DNA of 63,960 bases, filler included, from Octopus bimaculoides (Eukaryota): NCBI RefSeq assembly GCF_001194135.2. It is 5 parts of 5 records of this genome, joined end to end, with 100 filler letters (N's around TTAATTAATTAA, not from the genome) between each part and the next. Parts side by side here need not be neighbours in the genome. Positions count along the whole stretch, not along the records: positions 26,775 to 47,216 come from NC_068996.1; positions 47,317 to 59,854 come from NC_068986.1; 3 more parts are not named here. One strand, given 5' to 3'. Under the pieces are notes generated by a model. The model did not search any database and was not told the DNA's origin. It worked only from the letters and a program-made list of their open reading frames with translations. Positions 38,361 through 50,854 of this stretch are shown one piece after another. The number at the start of each line of letters is the position of its first letter. Position 1 is the first letter of the stretch. Position numbers and translations under genes: made by a program.

Positions 38361-38983
38361 TTAACCCTTTACTACTTTGTCAAATTCTTTATCTATTCAC
38401 ATAGTTTTGAATTAATCATGAATTATCTCATAACATCAAGAAATTGATGAGGCGATTGTTTATTTGTAAAATGATAATTTTAGAATGATAGCTGCAAGAG
38501 TTTAGATCTGGACAGTTTGAACATAAAGCAGATAGAATATTTTAACTGGATATGGCTGGTTTAAATGCTGAAGGTGGAGGTGCAATGGCCCAGTGGTTAG
38601 GGCAGCGGACTTGCGGTCATAGGATCGCAGTTTCGATTCCCAGACCGGGCATTGTGAGTGTTTATTGAGCGAAAACACCTAAAGCTCCATGAGGCTCCGG
38701 CAGGGGATGGTGGCGAACCCTGCTGTACTCTTTCACCACAACTTTCTCTCACTCTTACTTCCTGTTTCTGTTGTACCTGTAATTCAAAGGGTCGGCCTTG
38801 TCACACTGTGTCACGCTGAATATCCCCGAGAACTACATTACGGGTACACGTGTCTGTGGAGTGCTCAGCCACTTGCACATTAATTTCACAAGAAGGCTGT
38901 TCCGTTGATTGGATCAACTGAAACCCTCGACATCATAAGTGACGGAGTGCCAACAACAACAACAACAAATGCTGAAGGGATAA
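38361..38983. mobile_element. Possible piggyBac-like MITE interrupted by a SINE
   Basis: Left end ttaacccttt, right end gaagggataa (degenerate gggttaa). Confidence 0.4.
38575..38966 (+). mobile_element. Full-length tRNA-derived SINE family B with 12-bp TSD
   Basis: A box tggcccagtgg, B box gtttcgattccc, (CAA)n tail; TSD aaatgctgaagg at 38563-38574 and 38967-38978. Confidence 0.95.
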
Positions 38984-38989
38984 AACCAT

Positions 38990-39485
38990 AAAGCTGGCAA
39001 TTTTAAAGGAGAGGAGTTAACCAATGCCTTCAACCCCAGTACTTGATTGGTACTTTATTTCATTCACCTTGAAAGGATGAAAAGCAAAGTAGAGCTCAGC
39101 AGGATTTGAACCCAAACCATAAAGAGCAGGAAGAAATACAGCAAGGTAGTTTGTTCACTACTCTGATAATTTTATCAATCCAACACCTTTGTTTAGCAAA
39201 TAAAATTCAGAATTGAAAAGTATTATTCTTTTTGTGTCACAAATGAATTGATGTTTTATCTCAATGAAAAGTAACATAGGCATGAGGCCAGAAATTTGTT
39301 GGAGAGAGGAAACTATCAATCATATCAACCTCAATACATGGCTTATACTTGATTTTATTGACCACAGAGGGACAAAAGACAAAGTTGACCTAGGCAGGAA
39401 TTGAACTCAGTATATGAAGAACTGGAAGAAATACTTCAAAATATTTTGTCCAACACTAATGATTCTGCCAATTCCCACCACATGC
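38990..39485 (-). mobile_element. Two degenerate SINE family C copies (about 38990-39200 and 39280-39485)
   Basis: Reverse complement of the family C core and head. Confidence 0.65.
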
Positions 39486-39959
39486 TTTTATATCAATATT
39501 AAAAGAAAAGGATTCTTTCATTTAGTAAAAACTGAAAGTTTTCCCCACTTCTGATGCTTCTGAAAATGTTTTCAGCTTCTAAAAAGAATACAATAAAGAT
39601 TAAAAGCTTTTCATTTACAACAGCAATATGGTTTACAATAATAATCGATTCTAAGGAAATGGTGAATGTTAAAAAAAATGTTGAATCATCCACTGAGGAA
39701 AACAATACAAAGAGATTGATATCATATTTCCCCTTGTGAAGCTACATTTACTCTAACTTAAAATCTTTACCACATGTTGTACCATAAAATAAACAAGCTG
39801 TTTTTATAGCCTTGCATGATATCATGGTATTGTGTTCTTATTTGCTTTAATCTGCAAGACATAAAAAAAAAAACATTTCAAATCAGGCCCACCTCCAAAA
39901 TCATTTGCCAACATCTGTCTTTTACCATCACATATGTGTGTGTATGCATGTGGGTGTGT

Positions 39960-40282
39960 GTGTACAAGCATACACACATACATACAGACATACATACACA
40001 CATACATTCACACACACACATACATACATACATACTTACATACATACATACATACACACATACATACACACATACATACATACATATACACATAAATATA
40101 TACATACATACACACATACATACATACATACATACATGCATACATACATACACACACATACATACATATACACATACATACATATATATACACACACACA
40201 TACGTACATATATATACACACATACATACATACATGCATGCGTACATACATGCATACATATATACATACATACATACATACA

Positions 40283-40315
<33 letters not shown>

Positions 40316-40335
40316 GCATGCATGCATGCATGCAT
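39960..40335. repeat. Long degenerate (CATA/CA)n microsatellite
   Basis: Direct reading. Confidence 0.95.
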
Positions 40336-40794
40336 ATTGATTCGATAGCATTTTATTGAATAGTTCAAGGTAGACCAATGTGAAACATGTCACTTATCGT
40401 ACTTAAACAGTATGACACAAAACAGATAAAACTATTCATTTAGTTTGTGGAGGGAGCGGCAATGAAGGGGAGTTCATCTGTGTTTGGTATTCCATAAATC
40501 TAATAGATTTCAAAATTAAATGGAATTTTAAACTTGGCTTAATATCATGATGATAAGACAGATTTTATTGTGATGTAGCACAAATTTTCAGGTTATATCA
40601 TAATATAAACAAGTAAATAATAATATGCTATAATGTTATCATCCATTAAATTAAGTATTTTAATACAGACTCATTAGTTATATGTTTACATACATAGCCT
40701 CTCATTACTACTTTCTCAATTACAGCAGATTTTATATTTCAATAAACTCTAGATTCCAATGATAAAATTTAATAAGACTGAACCATGTAAGGAG

Positions 40795-41015
40795 TTGTCT
40801 CCCTTACTTTGCTCTCTGAATTTCCTCCATCCTATTCTTATTCTAGTTATCACACTCTCTGTGCATCCACCCCCACTACTAATTTGGTCCCCTAGGTAGC
40901 AGAAATTACCTACTACCTCTAATGAGCCACCAAGGCATTTGAGAGGATCAATTTCCCAAGTTTCTAAAGTTTTTATGTGCATCTCCAACATATGAAATCT
41001 ATCTTTCCTGATAAA
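40795..41015 (-). pseudogene. RTE-type RT fragment
   Basis: LEVVGNFCYLGDQISSGGGC...RIRIGWRKFRE. Confidence 0.85.
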
Positions 41016-41020
41016 CTTCA

Positions 41021-41022
41021 TT

Positions 41023-41099
<77 letters not shown>

Positions 41100-42330
41100 T
41101 CAACATCTCTTTTCCATGCTGTCATAGATTGGATGACTTGACCACAGTTGGCAAGCTGGAAGGCTGTACCAGACTCTAGTCTGATTTAGCATGGTTTCTA
41201 TGGCTGGATGCCCTTCTTAATCCCAACCACTCCAAGAATGTAATGGGTGTTTTTACATGCCACCAGCACAGGTGCCATTTGCATGACACCAATATCTGCC
41301 ACGACTACAATTTTGCTCAGCTTGGTGGGTCTTCTTCTCAAGCACAACATAATGCCAAAGGTCTCAGTCATTGCCTCCATGAGGCCCAACATTCAAAAGG
41401 TGCTTTTCAAGTGCTACCAGCATTGGTCACCTTGCCCCCATGAGGCCTAATTCTCAAAAGGTGCATTTTATATGCCACCAGCATGGGTACAAGTTACATG
41501 ACACCAACATCGACCACAACTATGATTTCACTTGGCTTGATGGGCCTTCTCAAGCATGACATATCACCAATGGTCTTGGTCAGTAGTCATTGCCTCCATG
41601 AGGCATTACATTCAAATATCATGCTTCACCACCTCATCCCATGTCTTCCTGGGTCTACCTCTACCATAGGTTTCCTCCACAGTTAGAGATTGGTACTTCT
41701 TTACACTGCTGTCCTCATCCATAGACATCCTCATCCATACACATCACCAGCACAGTCGTCTCTCTTGCACGCCACATTTGATGCCTCTTATGCCCAACTT
41801 TTCTCTCAAGAGAAACATGCACACTGACATTGCACATCCAGTGAAGCATACCAGCTTCATTTCTTTCAAGCCTACACATGTCCTTGGGTGTCACAGCCCA
41901 TGTTTCACTGCCATGTAGCATAGTTGTTTGCACAGAGGTATCATACAGTCTGCCTTTCACTCTGAGGGAGAGGCCCTTTGTTGCCAGCAGGGGTAGGAAC
42001 TCTCTGAACTTTATCCAGCCTATTCTTATTCTCACAGTTATGCTCTCAAAGCATCCACCTTCACTACTAACTTGGTCACCTAGATAACAGAAGCTATCTA
42101 CTACCTCTAGCTTACCCCACTGGTAGTTGATGGAGTCTGTTTTCTGTACATTTTTGGTGTTTATTGAACAAGTGCACCTTCCACACACAAAAACTATTTT
42201 CCTAGTTAACCTTCTTCTGATATAGCTTGCACCAGGTACATCTTAGGGAGTTTCTACCAATGCCTTTCCTACAGACTGAGAGGGCCATCTACCTGAAGGG
42301 ATTTGTGATTTGTCTGCTCTCCTACTTTCT
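41021..42330 (-). mobile_element. RTE-type LINE 3' end with (ATG)n tail
   Basis: LEVVDSFCYLGDQV...GWIKFREFLPLL...MLHGSETW; 3' UTR; (cat)n at 41021-41099. Confidence 0.9.
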
Positions 42331-42789
42331 AAGATTTTGGTTTTTGCTAGAATATAAATGAAATATTTATAGAAAATATTGCATAGAATTTAAGTGCTTT
42401 CAACACCTTTCAATCATGGCAAGTGGATCAAATGTACTGTAGCTCATTGTAGGATATAAATAATATGACCGCTTGCTTATTGAGAAATTTGTAAGTTCAA
42501 TTTAAAAAGGAGTTTTTTTCGTAAGTATCACCATTATTAGTATATATACTCCAGTGAAATTAAGAAATCAACTCGTAAACAAACAAAACCCTCGAATCCA
42601 TCACTGTACACACACACACGTGCGCATGCACGCATGCACACAACACACATGCATGCACACACACAACACACATGCATGCATGCAAGCAAGCATGCATATA
42701 CACTCATGCACATGCATTCAAGTAGACACACACATATGCACACACATACACATATACACAGTCACATATGTATGTATGAATCAACCCTC

Positions 42790-43020
42790 ATCTCCATCAT
42801 CAGCATCGTTTAACGTCCGCTTTCCATGCTAGCATGGGTTGGACGATTTGACTGAGGACTGGTGAAAGTGGATGGCTACACCAGGCTCCAATCTAATTTG
42901 GCAGAGTTTCTACAGCTGGATGCCCTTCCTAACGCCAACCACTCAGAGAGTGTAGTGGGTGCTTTTACATGCCACTGGCACGAAGGCCAGTTAGGCAGTA
43001 CTGGCAACGGCCACAATGTT
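42790..43020 (-). mobile_element. RTE-type 3' tail
   Basis: catcgtttaacgtccgctttccatgctagcatgggttggac...ggatgcccttcctaacgcc. Confidence 0.8.
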
Positions 43021-43085
43021 GTATCTATGCACATAGACACATGTGGGTACATAAATACATAAATACATATATACATAGATATGTG

Positions 43086-43173
<88 letters not shown>

Positions 43174-44860
43174 TGTATGTGTGTGTGTATGTACAGTGAT
43201 GGATTCAAGGATTTCATTTAGTTACAAGTTGATTTCTTAATTTCACCAGAGTATATATACCTATAATGGTGAAACTTTAAAAAAAGCTTAATTCAGTTCA
43301 GTTAAAAAGCATGGGTAAGCAACACATTGTAGGTTAGACTGTAATTTGCGAAGAAATTTATCTGAGCGCAGGGTATGCATCGCCCCTCCAATGCCTTTTC
43401 TTTTTTCATTAATTATTATCATCATCACCATTGACATCAACATCATCATCATCATTGTCATATGTATGCTTGAAGATAATCAAACCAAATAGTCATCATT
43501 TCAAGCCACTCACTCAAATTTGGTGAAAATCTGTTTTCCAGTAATTTTGCAAACACACAAACAGTCAAAGGTGAGTGATTACAATACCCTGCTTTTGCTT
43601 ATGCATGCAAGGTAAATATGTTAACACTGATATTGCTAATTAAGATATGTTAAGACTGGCATAGTTAATTACTAAATATCTAAATGGTAGCATTTTCTGC
43701 AATGGATTTCTTTTTTTTTTTTTTTGAGGCAGTGGTTGTTGATAGGGGGCTAGTTCTGTCTACTTTGCAGCCTTTATCAACGATTTCTTGAAAAAAATCT
43801 TTCTAAAATGGGTTACTTAAAAAAAATGTCTGAATAAAGAATTTACTTCAAATCAACAAGATGAACAACACCATTTTTAGGATTTTGGTCCATTTACCAA
43901 CTGTCCATTCTCATACACATACTCATACCAATACACAAAATACATATGCATCCTCATACATGCAAATATACATATCCATAAACATGCACACGTCTTCACA
44001 CATGCATAAAAATACACATTCTTATGCACATCATCACACACATTCACATACAAAACACACACACACATAAACATATATATATATATATAAATATACACAC
44101 ATAAACATATACACATACACAAACATGTGTCTGCACACACACACATATACGCGCACACACATATACGCACATACACGTCTTCACACATATACATCCAGAT
44201 CCACACATACACATACCCCCATTCACAATTAATAAATCAGAGCCAATTATCTTTCTAGCTATATCATATTGCAAATGATAATGACAACATAATCGTTTCT
44301 AATTACTAGAAATTTCTCTGAATTCATTAATAAGATATCGGCATATTTAATTAGATATAATTACTTAGACACCAATATATTTAGATTGAGTCTGAGTTTC
44401 TTTAGAATATTTCCCTCCTCTTTGTTAGGAGGTACAAGCACTTACACACACATCTCCACACACAAGGGAAACTTCCACCCACCAAATTCAATTACAAGGC
44501 TTCATTCAACCCAAGGCTATCGCAGAAGACATTAGTAGGATGGGTCAAAATGACCGTTATACAAAATAAAAATTAATATCAAATTCTCAACTAACACTGC
44601 AGAGTTCCTGCAGTAGATCCAATGGAAATATACCCCGACTGTGGATGATACCAGGTAGCCCAAACTGTGCTAGTGCTCTACTAAACATTTCAACACACTT
44701 ATCGAGATATACCCATTGGTTCAAAATATTATATATATATATATATATGTTAAATTCAAATTACGACAAACGTAAATAAACAAACAAAGTTTGCTTTTAG
44801 AAGCGTTGAGATGTCTTAGAAAGTTAAAGAAGTGCTTAATTTGCAGAGGAATTTGTAGTG

Positions 44861-44935
44861 GGTAGTTTAGCTTAATCGGTCAAAGCATCGTGACATGTAA
44901 TCACGGGGATGTGAGTTCGTGTCCACAGCTAGCCA
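44861..44935 (+). pseudogene. tRNA-Thr(TGT)-like pseudogene or old SINE head
   Basis: D stem GCTT/AAGC, anticodon stem CGTGA/TCACG with loop CATGTAA, GTTCG; A at position 33, defective T stem, bulged acceptor stem. Confidence 0.55.
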
Positions 44936-44980
44936 CCTACACTTTTCTCTGCAAAATAGGGATAATTTATCCTGTTCAGG

Positions 44981-45034
<54 letters not shown>

Positions 45035-45069
45035 AGTATTTATCTAAAGGACACAATACATGGCTTTAA

Positions 45070-45124
45070 GTGCTACTAATAGTTTCATATGTCGAGAAAT
45101 ACCTCAAACATATTCATCCGGCAC
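45070..45124 (-). ncRNA. Hammerhead motif, U4 mutated to G
   Basis: GTGC-CGGATGA-ATATGT...ACATAT-GAAAC-TATTA-GT-A-GCAC. Confidence 0.7.
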
Positions 45125-45397
45125 AAACCACATATCATAATGAACTGAAAATTGAAAGAGAGAAGAAACACAAAAAGAACTGAGAAGGCAACATATAGAA
45201 AACGCCTTATAATTTAAAGTCTAAGAAGGATAACTCTTTTACCTTTTTTTAGTTTTTATTTGTTACATTTTAGTTTTTGTTTTCGTTTTCCATTTTTCAT
45301 TTTCTGTTTTTTTAACCTTCCACATTTTCTATATGCTGCCTTCTTTTATGCATTCCTTCCCTTATTCATTTTTTATTTAGTTCATTATAAGTGGTTT

Positions 45398-45452
45398 GTG
45401 CCTGATGAATATGTTTGAGATGTTTCTCAACATATGAAACTCTTAGTAACAC
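45398..45452 (+). ncRNA. Type-I hammerhead motif, core intact
   Basis: GTGC-CTGATGA-ATATGT-T-TGAG-ATGTTT-CTCA-ACATAT-GAAAC-TCTTA-GT-A-ACAC; C.A mismatch at the first stem I pair; cut after 45448. Confidence 0.8.
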
Positions 45453-45720
45453 TTAAAGAGATACATTGTGTCCTTTGAATAAATATTTATCTCTCAACAG
45501 ATGGAGTACTGTTTTTGTTGAATTTTCTATCACAGGCCAGTACCTTATATATATATATAATGGAGAAATTATACAAAATGTATAACTGGATAATGAGTAA
45601 AGCACCAGCACAGTTTCGATTACCTGTTATTATCCGTAGATTTATTTCAGGAACTTCGTAGTTGCGGTTGGGTTAACAGTATTAATAAAATAAAAGATGG
45701 AATGTGTAATAGACTTTGTT

Positions 45721-45765
45721 GGGTGCAACACGTTTCGATCCGTTATGGGTTTCTTCAGATACATC
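45721..45765 (-). ncRNA. Degenerate hammerhead-like motif
   Basis: CTGAAGA-AACCC-ATAAC-GGATC-GAAAC-GT-GT-T-GCACC; stems I and II mismatched. Confidence 0.4.
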
Positions 45766-46809
45766 GATAAAAAGTCTCACTAGAGATTTCTTGAGTCGGC
45801 TTTCGCACCGCTCCGTCTATCAAATTCGAGAATGAGTAAAATCAGAGAAAAATTATTGAAACGCAAAAAGATTTAAATTATGAACGTGGAAAGTATACAT
45901 TTTAGTATAGAGAAAATGACGTAATCAGCTTTCGCTATTGTAATTGTTAAGAGAAAGAAAAGGAAGTAGAAGTTAGTTGAAAGGTAGATAATACTTAGAT
46001 GAAAAATCTTTTTGTGTTCGTGCTTAGACGTATATATACATACACAGAGATATATACGCACATATACATATGCGCTCACACATGCACATCCAAAATATAA
46101 AAATATAACTAGATATAACTGGATACACGTGCATACGCACACTTATGGACGAATATATACATATATATATGTATAGGAACTCATATACACAGGTACACGT
46201 GTATAGATGCATAAATATATGTACATAGCATAGATAAATATGTACACTCGCACACTTCGTTAATTTCCGTAAATAAATTTTCTATTATTATTTTTTTTTT
46301 TTTGGCACGCCGTGTTCAGCTCTATGTATTCGTAGTGAATCACGCTCACATGTGTGTTTCTGTATGTGTGTGAGTGAAGGGGTGTCTTGTGATGTCTACG
46401 TACATACGTAAATACATACGCATACATCTTTTCTGTGTATATATCTCCACGTGTGTGTGAGAGAGAGAGAGACAGACAGAGAGATGTTTCAGTGTATGAC
46501 TATTTCAGTGTATGACTATTTATGTATGTACGTATAATTGTCGACACACCCCTACACTGGCTCTGTCTCTCTCTGTCTGTCTTTCTGTCTGTCTGTCTCT
46601 CTCTCTCTCTCTCACACACACACAGCATACACGCGCGCATACACACGTGTGTCTTTGTAAATATGTTTGTATATATTTATGTATGTGTGTGTTTGTAAGA
46701 GACAGAGTGTGAGTGAGTCAAGGGGTGTGTTGTCATATGCATCCATCATTTTTGGATGTATGTGTGCGTGTGTATGTGTGTGAGACAGAGTGAGAGAGCG
46801 GTGTGTATG

Positions 46810-47105
46810 TAGTACCAGCAGAGGCATCCGGCGTTGCTCGGGAATGAAATTGTTACTTATATACTTGAAGAAAAGAAGGCAAAATATGCTGTATAGAAAT
46901 TTGAGAGGACATTCTGTAGATGGACTCTCAGATGAATGATGGCTGGGCGCCTCTCATGAATGGGGAAAATTGAAGATGTGCCAAAAAGCCTCATTGGTAC
47001 TTGGAAACTTTTACGAAAATTAAAATGGGGATTAAATGAAAAAAATGATTTACGTGAATATCCGCACAAGAGTAATTGAAATAAATGGCGATTGTGGAAC
47101 CCCCC
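46810..47105 (+). mobile_element. Possible non-autonomous Helitron-type insert
   Basis: Begins taccagcag...cccggcgttgctcggg-like, resembling Helentron/HINE ends; internal sequence unassigned. Confidence 0.35.
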
Positions 47106-47316
47106 ACGCACACGCGCGCGCATACACACGTGTGTCTTTGTAAATATGCTTGTATATATTTATGTATGTGTGTGTTTGTAAGAGACAGAGAGTGAGTGAG
47201 AGAGAGAGGTTTGTTGNNNNNNNNNNNNNNNNNNNNNNNNNNNNNNNNNNNNNNNNNNNNTTAATTAATTAANNNNNNNNNNNNNNNNNNNNNNNNNNNN
47301 NNNNNNNNNNNNNNNN

Positions 47317-47615
47317 GTATCATCACCAAGTCATCTGTGTGGAGAGAGAGTGTTGAAAATTCCTTCGCTAACTGTTCGCTCTTAAAGCGTACTAGGACCG
47401 TGGCAAATTTTCGTCCCCAAGTAACATGACTTTGAAAGGGCCATATCGGTTTGAGACAAATCTCAATTTTTTGGGTGGAGAAATTCTCCGGTCGCTTCGT
47501 TTTCTTGTTGATAAGTCTGTATGATATGTGCTTCTTGTTTGTATTTTCAATAATTGCTTTTGGTATGTGTATTTGTACAGTGTCACCTTCTTTCGTGAGA
47601 AGGGATTTTGTGTCA
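47317..47615 (-). pseudogene. Possible LINE ORF1-like fragment
   Basis: About 100 open codons (…KFATVLVRFKSEQLAKEFSTLSLHTDDLVM) between (GATA)n and a gap; family assignment uncertain. Confidence 0.35.
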
Positions 47616-47617
47616 TT

Positions 47618-47659
<42 letters not shown>

Positions 47660-48411
47660 GATAGATACATACATACTTAGATAGATGTATAGTTATATCT
47701 AGATCTGGTTACTGTTCTTACACCTGTCTTGTCTTTTGCTTTTCTGTAAATTTCAAATATGTGTGTGTGTGTGTGTGTATGTCGTTAATTCCTTACAAAT
47801 TCAAATATGTTTAACTATGATTTGCGATCCTAGATAAACTTATCTGACCCAGTGTCTAGCAGAGGGGACAGGTAGACACGTAACCCTTGTAAATAAGCCG
47901 GGCAATTTCATGATGCAACTTCATCATGAAGAAGATAAATTTCAACGTAAATGGAGGAAGAGCATTTAAAACAAAAATAATGATATTAGTCAAGTTGAAA
48001 TCATCTTTTATTTATTCCGGCAGGTAAGAGAGCCTTATCGAAAATACGTCAAATATACTTACACAATTTTCCTCCAGAAATCATTTGTTCACGCAGTAGT
48101 TGTCATAGCCGCGTTGAAGGAATCATTAACCACATATGGAAGATTGTCAGTTTGTTTATGTAAGAAGAGTAAATTGCTTAGAAATTATGGAATCCAGGTA
48201 TACCAGTAGCTTCAAAAACAGTACTGCTGTTAGTTGTAGCATAATAAATACAAGGGGCACGATAAATCATGGTAGAAAATTATAAAAGGAAAGGATGGTG
48301 TAACAGAAATTATATTTGAATGACTAATGTTATTTCCATTTGTCAGATATCAACAGAAGACAAACCTCACCTGTTTTACAGTTGTGTATTGATCAAGACC
48401 TCATCATATGA

Positions 48412-48479
<68 letters not shown>

Positions 48480-48481
<2 letters not shown>

Positions 48482-49100
48482 GTATCAACGCCACATGATA
48501 ATCTAATCGAAAAGATTTACATCGGGTTATGCGAAGCCGATTTCAAGAGACGCTACGCAAACCACGTTTCATTTTTCCGGCGCATCGACGAAAGTAAACC
48601 ACTAATTTGGCCAATGATGAATGGGGTTTGAAGACCAACCCCACACCATATAGATTCAAGTGGAAAATCGTATAAAAATCCATGCCATTGATTAATGTAT
48701 CTAAGAAATACAACTGATGCGTAACTGAAATACCGCATATTCATTTTAGATCTAAGAATTCCACTGCGCAGATATACGACAAATATCTGTTGGTCAATTG
48801 GAAATCACCACCTTCTCTCAATTGAACCGATGAATCGCAGATGTTAACTCCATTTCTGTTATTCCATTCTACATCTAGCTTTATCATTGGCATTACGGTC
48901 AAAGAGGATATAACTAATATTTTTTACGTTTTCATTCTATTTTTCCGATTTTATTTCATCCTTCGAATTTTTGCAACCACAATCTTATTGTGTACTTTGT
49001 TGACTTCTCTTGTTCTAGCGTAATTAATTGTAAATTGTATAAGCCATGTTCTCAATGCCTGAGGATTGATTGTAAGGACAATGTGTTATTAAAACTTGCC
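48480..49100 (+). mobile_element. PLE GIY-YIG fragment and 3' region starting at a (CA)n tract
   Basis: VSTPHDNLIEKIYIGLCEADFKRRYANH...FKWKI. Confidence 0.8.
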
Positions 49101-49324
49101 TAGACTACATCTGCAATGCATGATTTTATTAGTTGTGTCGCAACTGTATATTGTATGAAAAAATATTTACACACACGCACAAACGTACATGTGTGTGTGC
49201 GTGCATGTATATATATTATATGATACACATTTACATATATGTTATATATTATATATGTTTGTATGTGTATGTCTGGAGAGAAGAGGAGAGATATATGAAG
49301 TGTTATACATATGGAAGTCCCTAA

Positions 49325-49640
49325 GTTGTGGGGGCACCAAACTTTGGCACCGAGAACTATCCAGCCCCAGAGCTGGACGTTACTGCACTGCTCCTAGACA
49401 TCCCGTCTTGAGTGAGACTCAAGTGCCAGCCGTTATTTAACATCTTGCCAAACATCTGAGGGATCTACATGATGTACTAGTCGATGCTTTTAAGTGAATA
49501 TTTGACCTCATTCTGTTCAATGTTACACATGAAACAAAAGAAAGCTCAAAAGAGGGCAGCAACATACAAAGCTCTTCTTCACATAAAACTCACTGAAAAG
49601 GTGAATACCCCGACATTTCACATGCATAGCCAGGAAATAG
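49325..49640 (+). pseudogene. CR1-like LINE 3' fragment
   Basis: PNFGTENY...GRYC...LFNIL..HLRDLH; same family as 51890-52570. Confidence 0.65.
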
Positions 49641-49878
49641 GGGCTGAAACCATAAAATAATCTGTCTGTCTATCTACCTATTTCTTTACCCATCTGTTTA
49701 TCTATCCATCTATCAATCTCTTTGTCTATTATCCAACTCTATACACGCACACATACATACATACATACATTCATACACACACATAATCATGTATATATAT
49801 ATTTGTATATATATATATATATATTCAGAATGAGAGAAAAAACCAAGGCTGTGAAGATTTTAGAAAATTTATAAATTA

Positions 49879-49926
49879 GTCTTACAGCTGTTTCTATGAT
49901 ATTTATTATATCCCTTCATCGGAGAC
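49879..49926 (-). ncRNA. Hammerhead motif (family of 22926), U4 mutated to C
   Basis: GTCT-CCGATGA-AGGGATAT...ATATCATA-GAAAC-AGCT-GT-A-AGAC; about 55 nt from (TA)n. Confidence 0.65.
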
Positions 49927-50142
49927 GGTGTGAGAAAATGGTTAAGCAATAGTTAATTTAGATGAGATACGAAATAGAGAGTGAAGTGGAGGAATGAAAA
50001 TAGATGTGAGATATGCAGGGATATTGCATTTATAGACCTATTATTTAGCCAGAATGGTACACATACAGAGTGGAATATATTTTTGTTTACACCATCCTTT
50101 TTACACCATCCTTTCCAAAATGGTATACATACAGAATGGTAT

Positions 50143-50173
<31 letters not shown>

Positions 50174-50854
50174 NNNNNNNNNNNNNNNNNNNNNNNNNNN
50201 NNNNNNNNNNNNNNNNNNNNNNNNNNNNNNNNNNNNNNNNNNNNNNNNNNNNNNNNNNNNNNNNNNNNNNNNNNNNNNNNNNNNNNNNNNNNNNNNNNNN
50301 NNNNNNNNNNNNNNNNNNNNNNNNNNNNNNNNNNNNNNNNNNNNNNNNNNNNNNNNNNNNNNNNNNNNNNNNNNNNNNNNNNNNNNNNNNNNNNNNNNNN
50401 NNNNNNNNNNNNNNNNNNTGTGTGTGTGTGTGTGTATCCCAGAACATGTAGGCAACCAGGAATTACTTTCTATATTAAAAAATTAAAATATCAAAGGCAG
50501 CGCTGGTAATTGGAGCTGACATTTCGTTCTAATAACATATTAATCACAGCGACACATTAATTGCTAGCATAGAATATTTTAAACTTCGTAAAACAGCAGC
50601 AGACAATGCATACTAGAATGGAAGTGACGAATTTAAGACTGAAACGAATATTTCCCGTAAAACGGGAAATGGTAAGACTGCTATTTTGTAACCTCTAGAG
50701 GAAAGCTTACCTTAGTTCACCATTTCAATCACAATCACGTCGACTAAGTTTATAAGTTTGCGTATCTATACCCGCATAAAAAAATACTCTCTCCCCAACA
50801 CATGTGGGTGTACATGATAAACATACACACAAACTTATATAGAAAGCTTTATAC

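Larger units (their letters stand above)
45037..45485. mobile_element. ORF-less inverted-repeat element with a hammerhead motif in each arm
   Basis: Arms about 45037-45200 and 45323-45485 (aaggacacaat / attgtgtcctt; gaaggcaacatatagaaaa / ttttctatatgctgccttc); flanked by (TA)n. Confidence 0.9.

Noticed and set aside
39576-43570. Plus-strand exon-like units at 39576-39661 and 43542-43570
   Set aside because: Splice words only; expected by chance in AT-rich DNA.
48290-48480. (CA)n as an in-frame insert within one GIY-YIG domain
   Set aside because: More simply a 5'-truncated PLE starting at the microsatellite, with the upstream piece a separate fragment.
49058-49110. CTGAGGA in the PLE 3' region as a hammerhead
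   Set aside because: No GAAA and no stem I or stem III.
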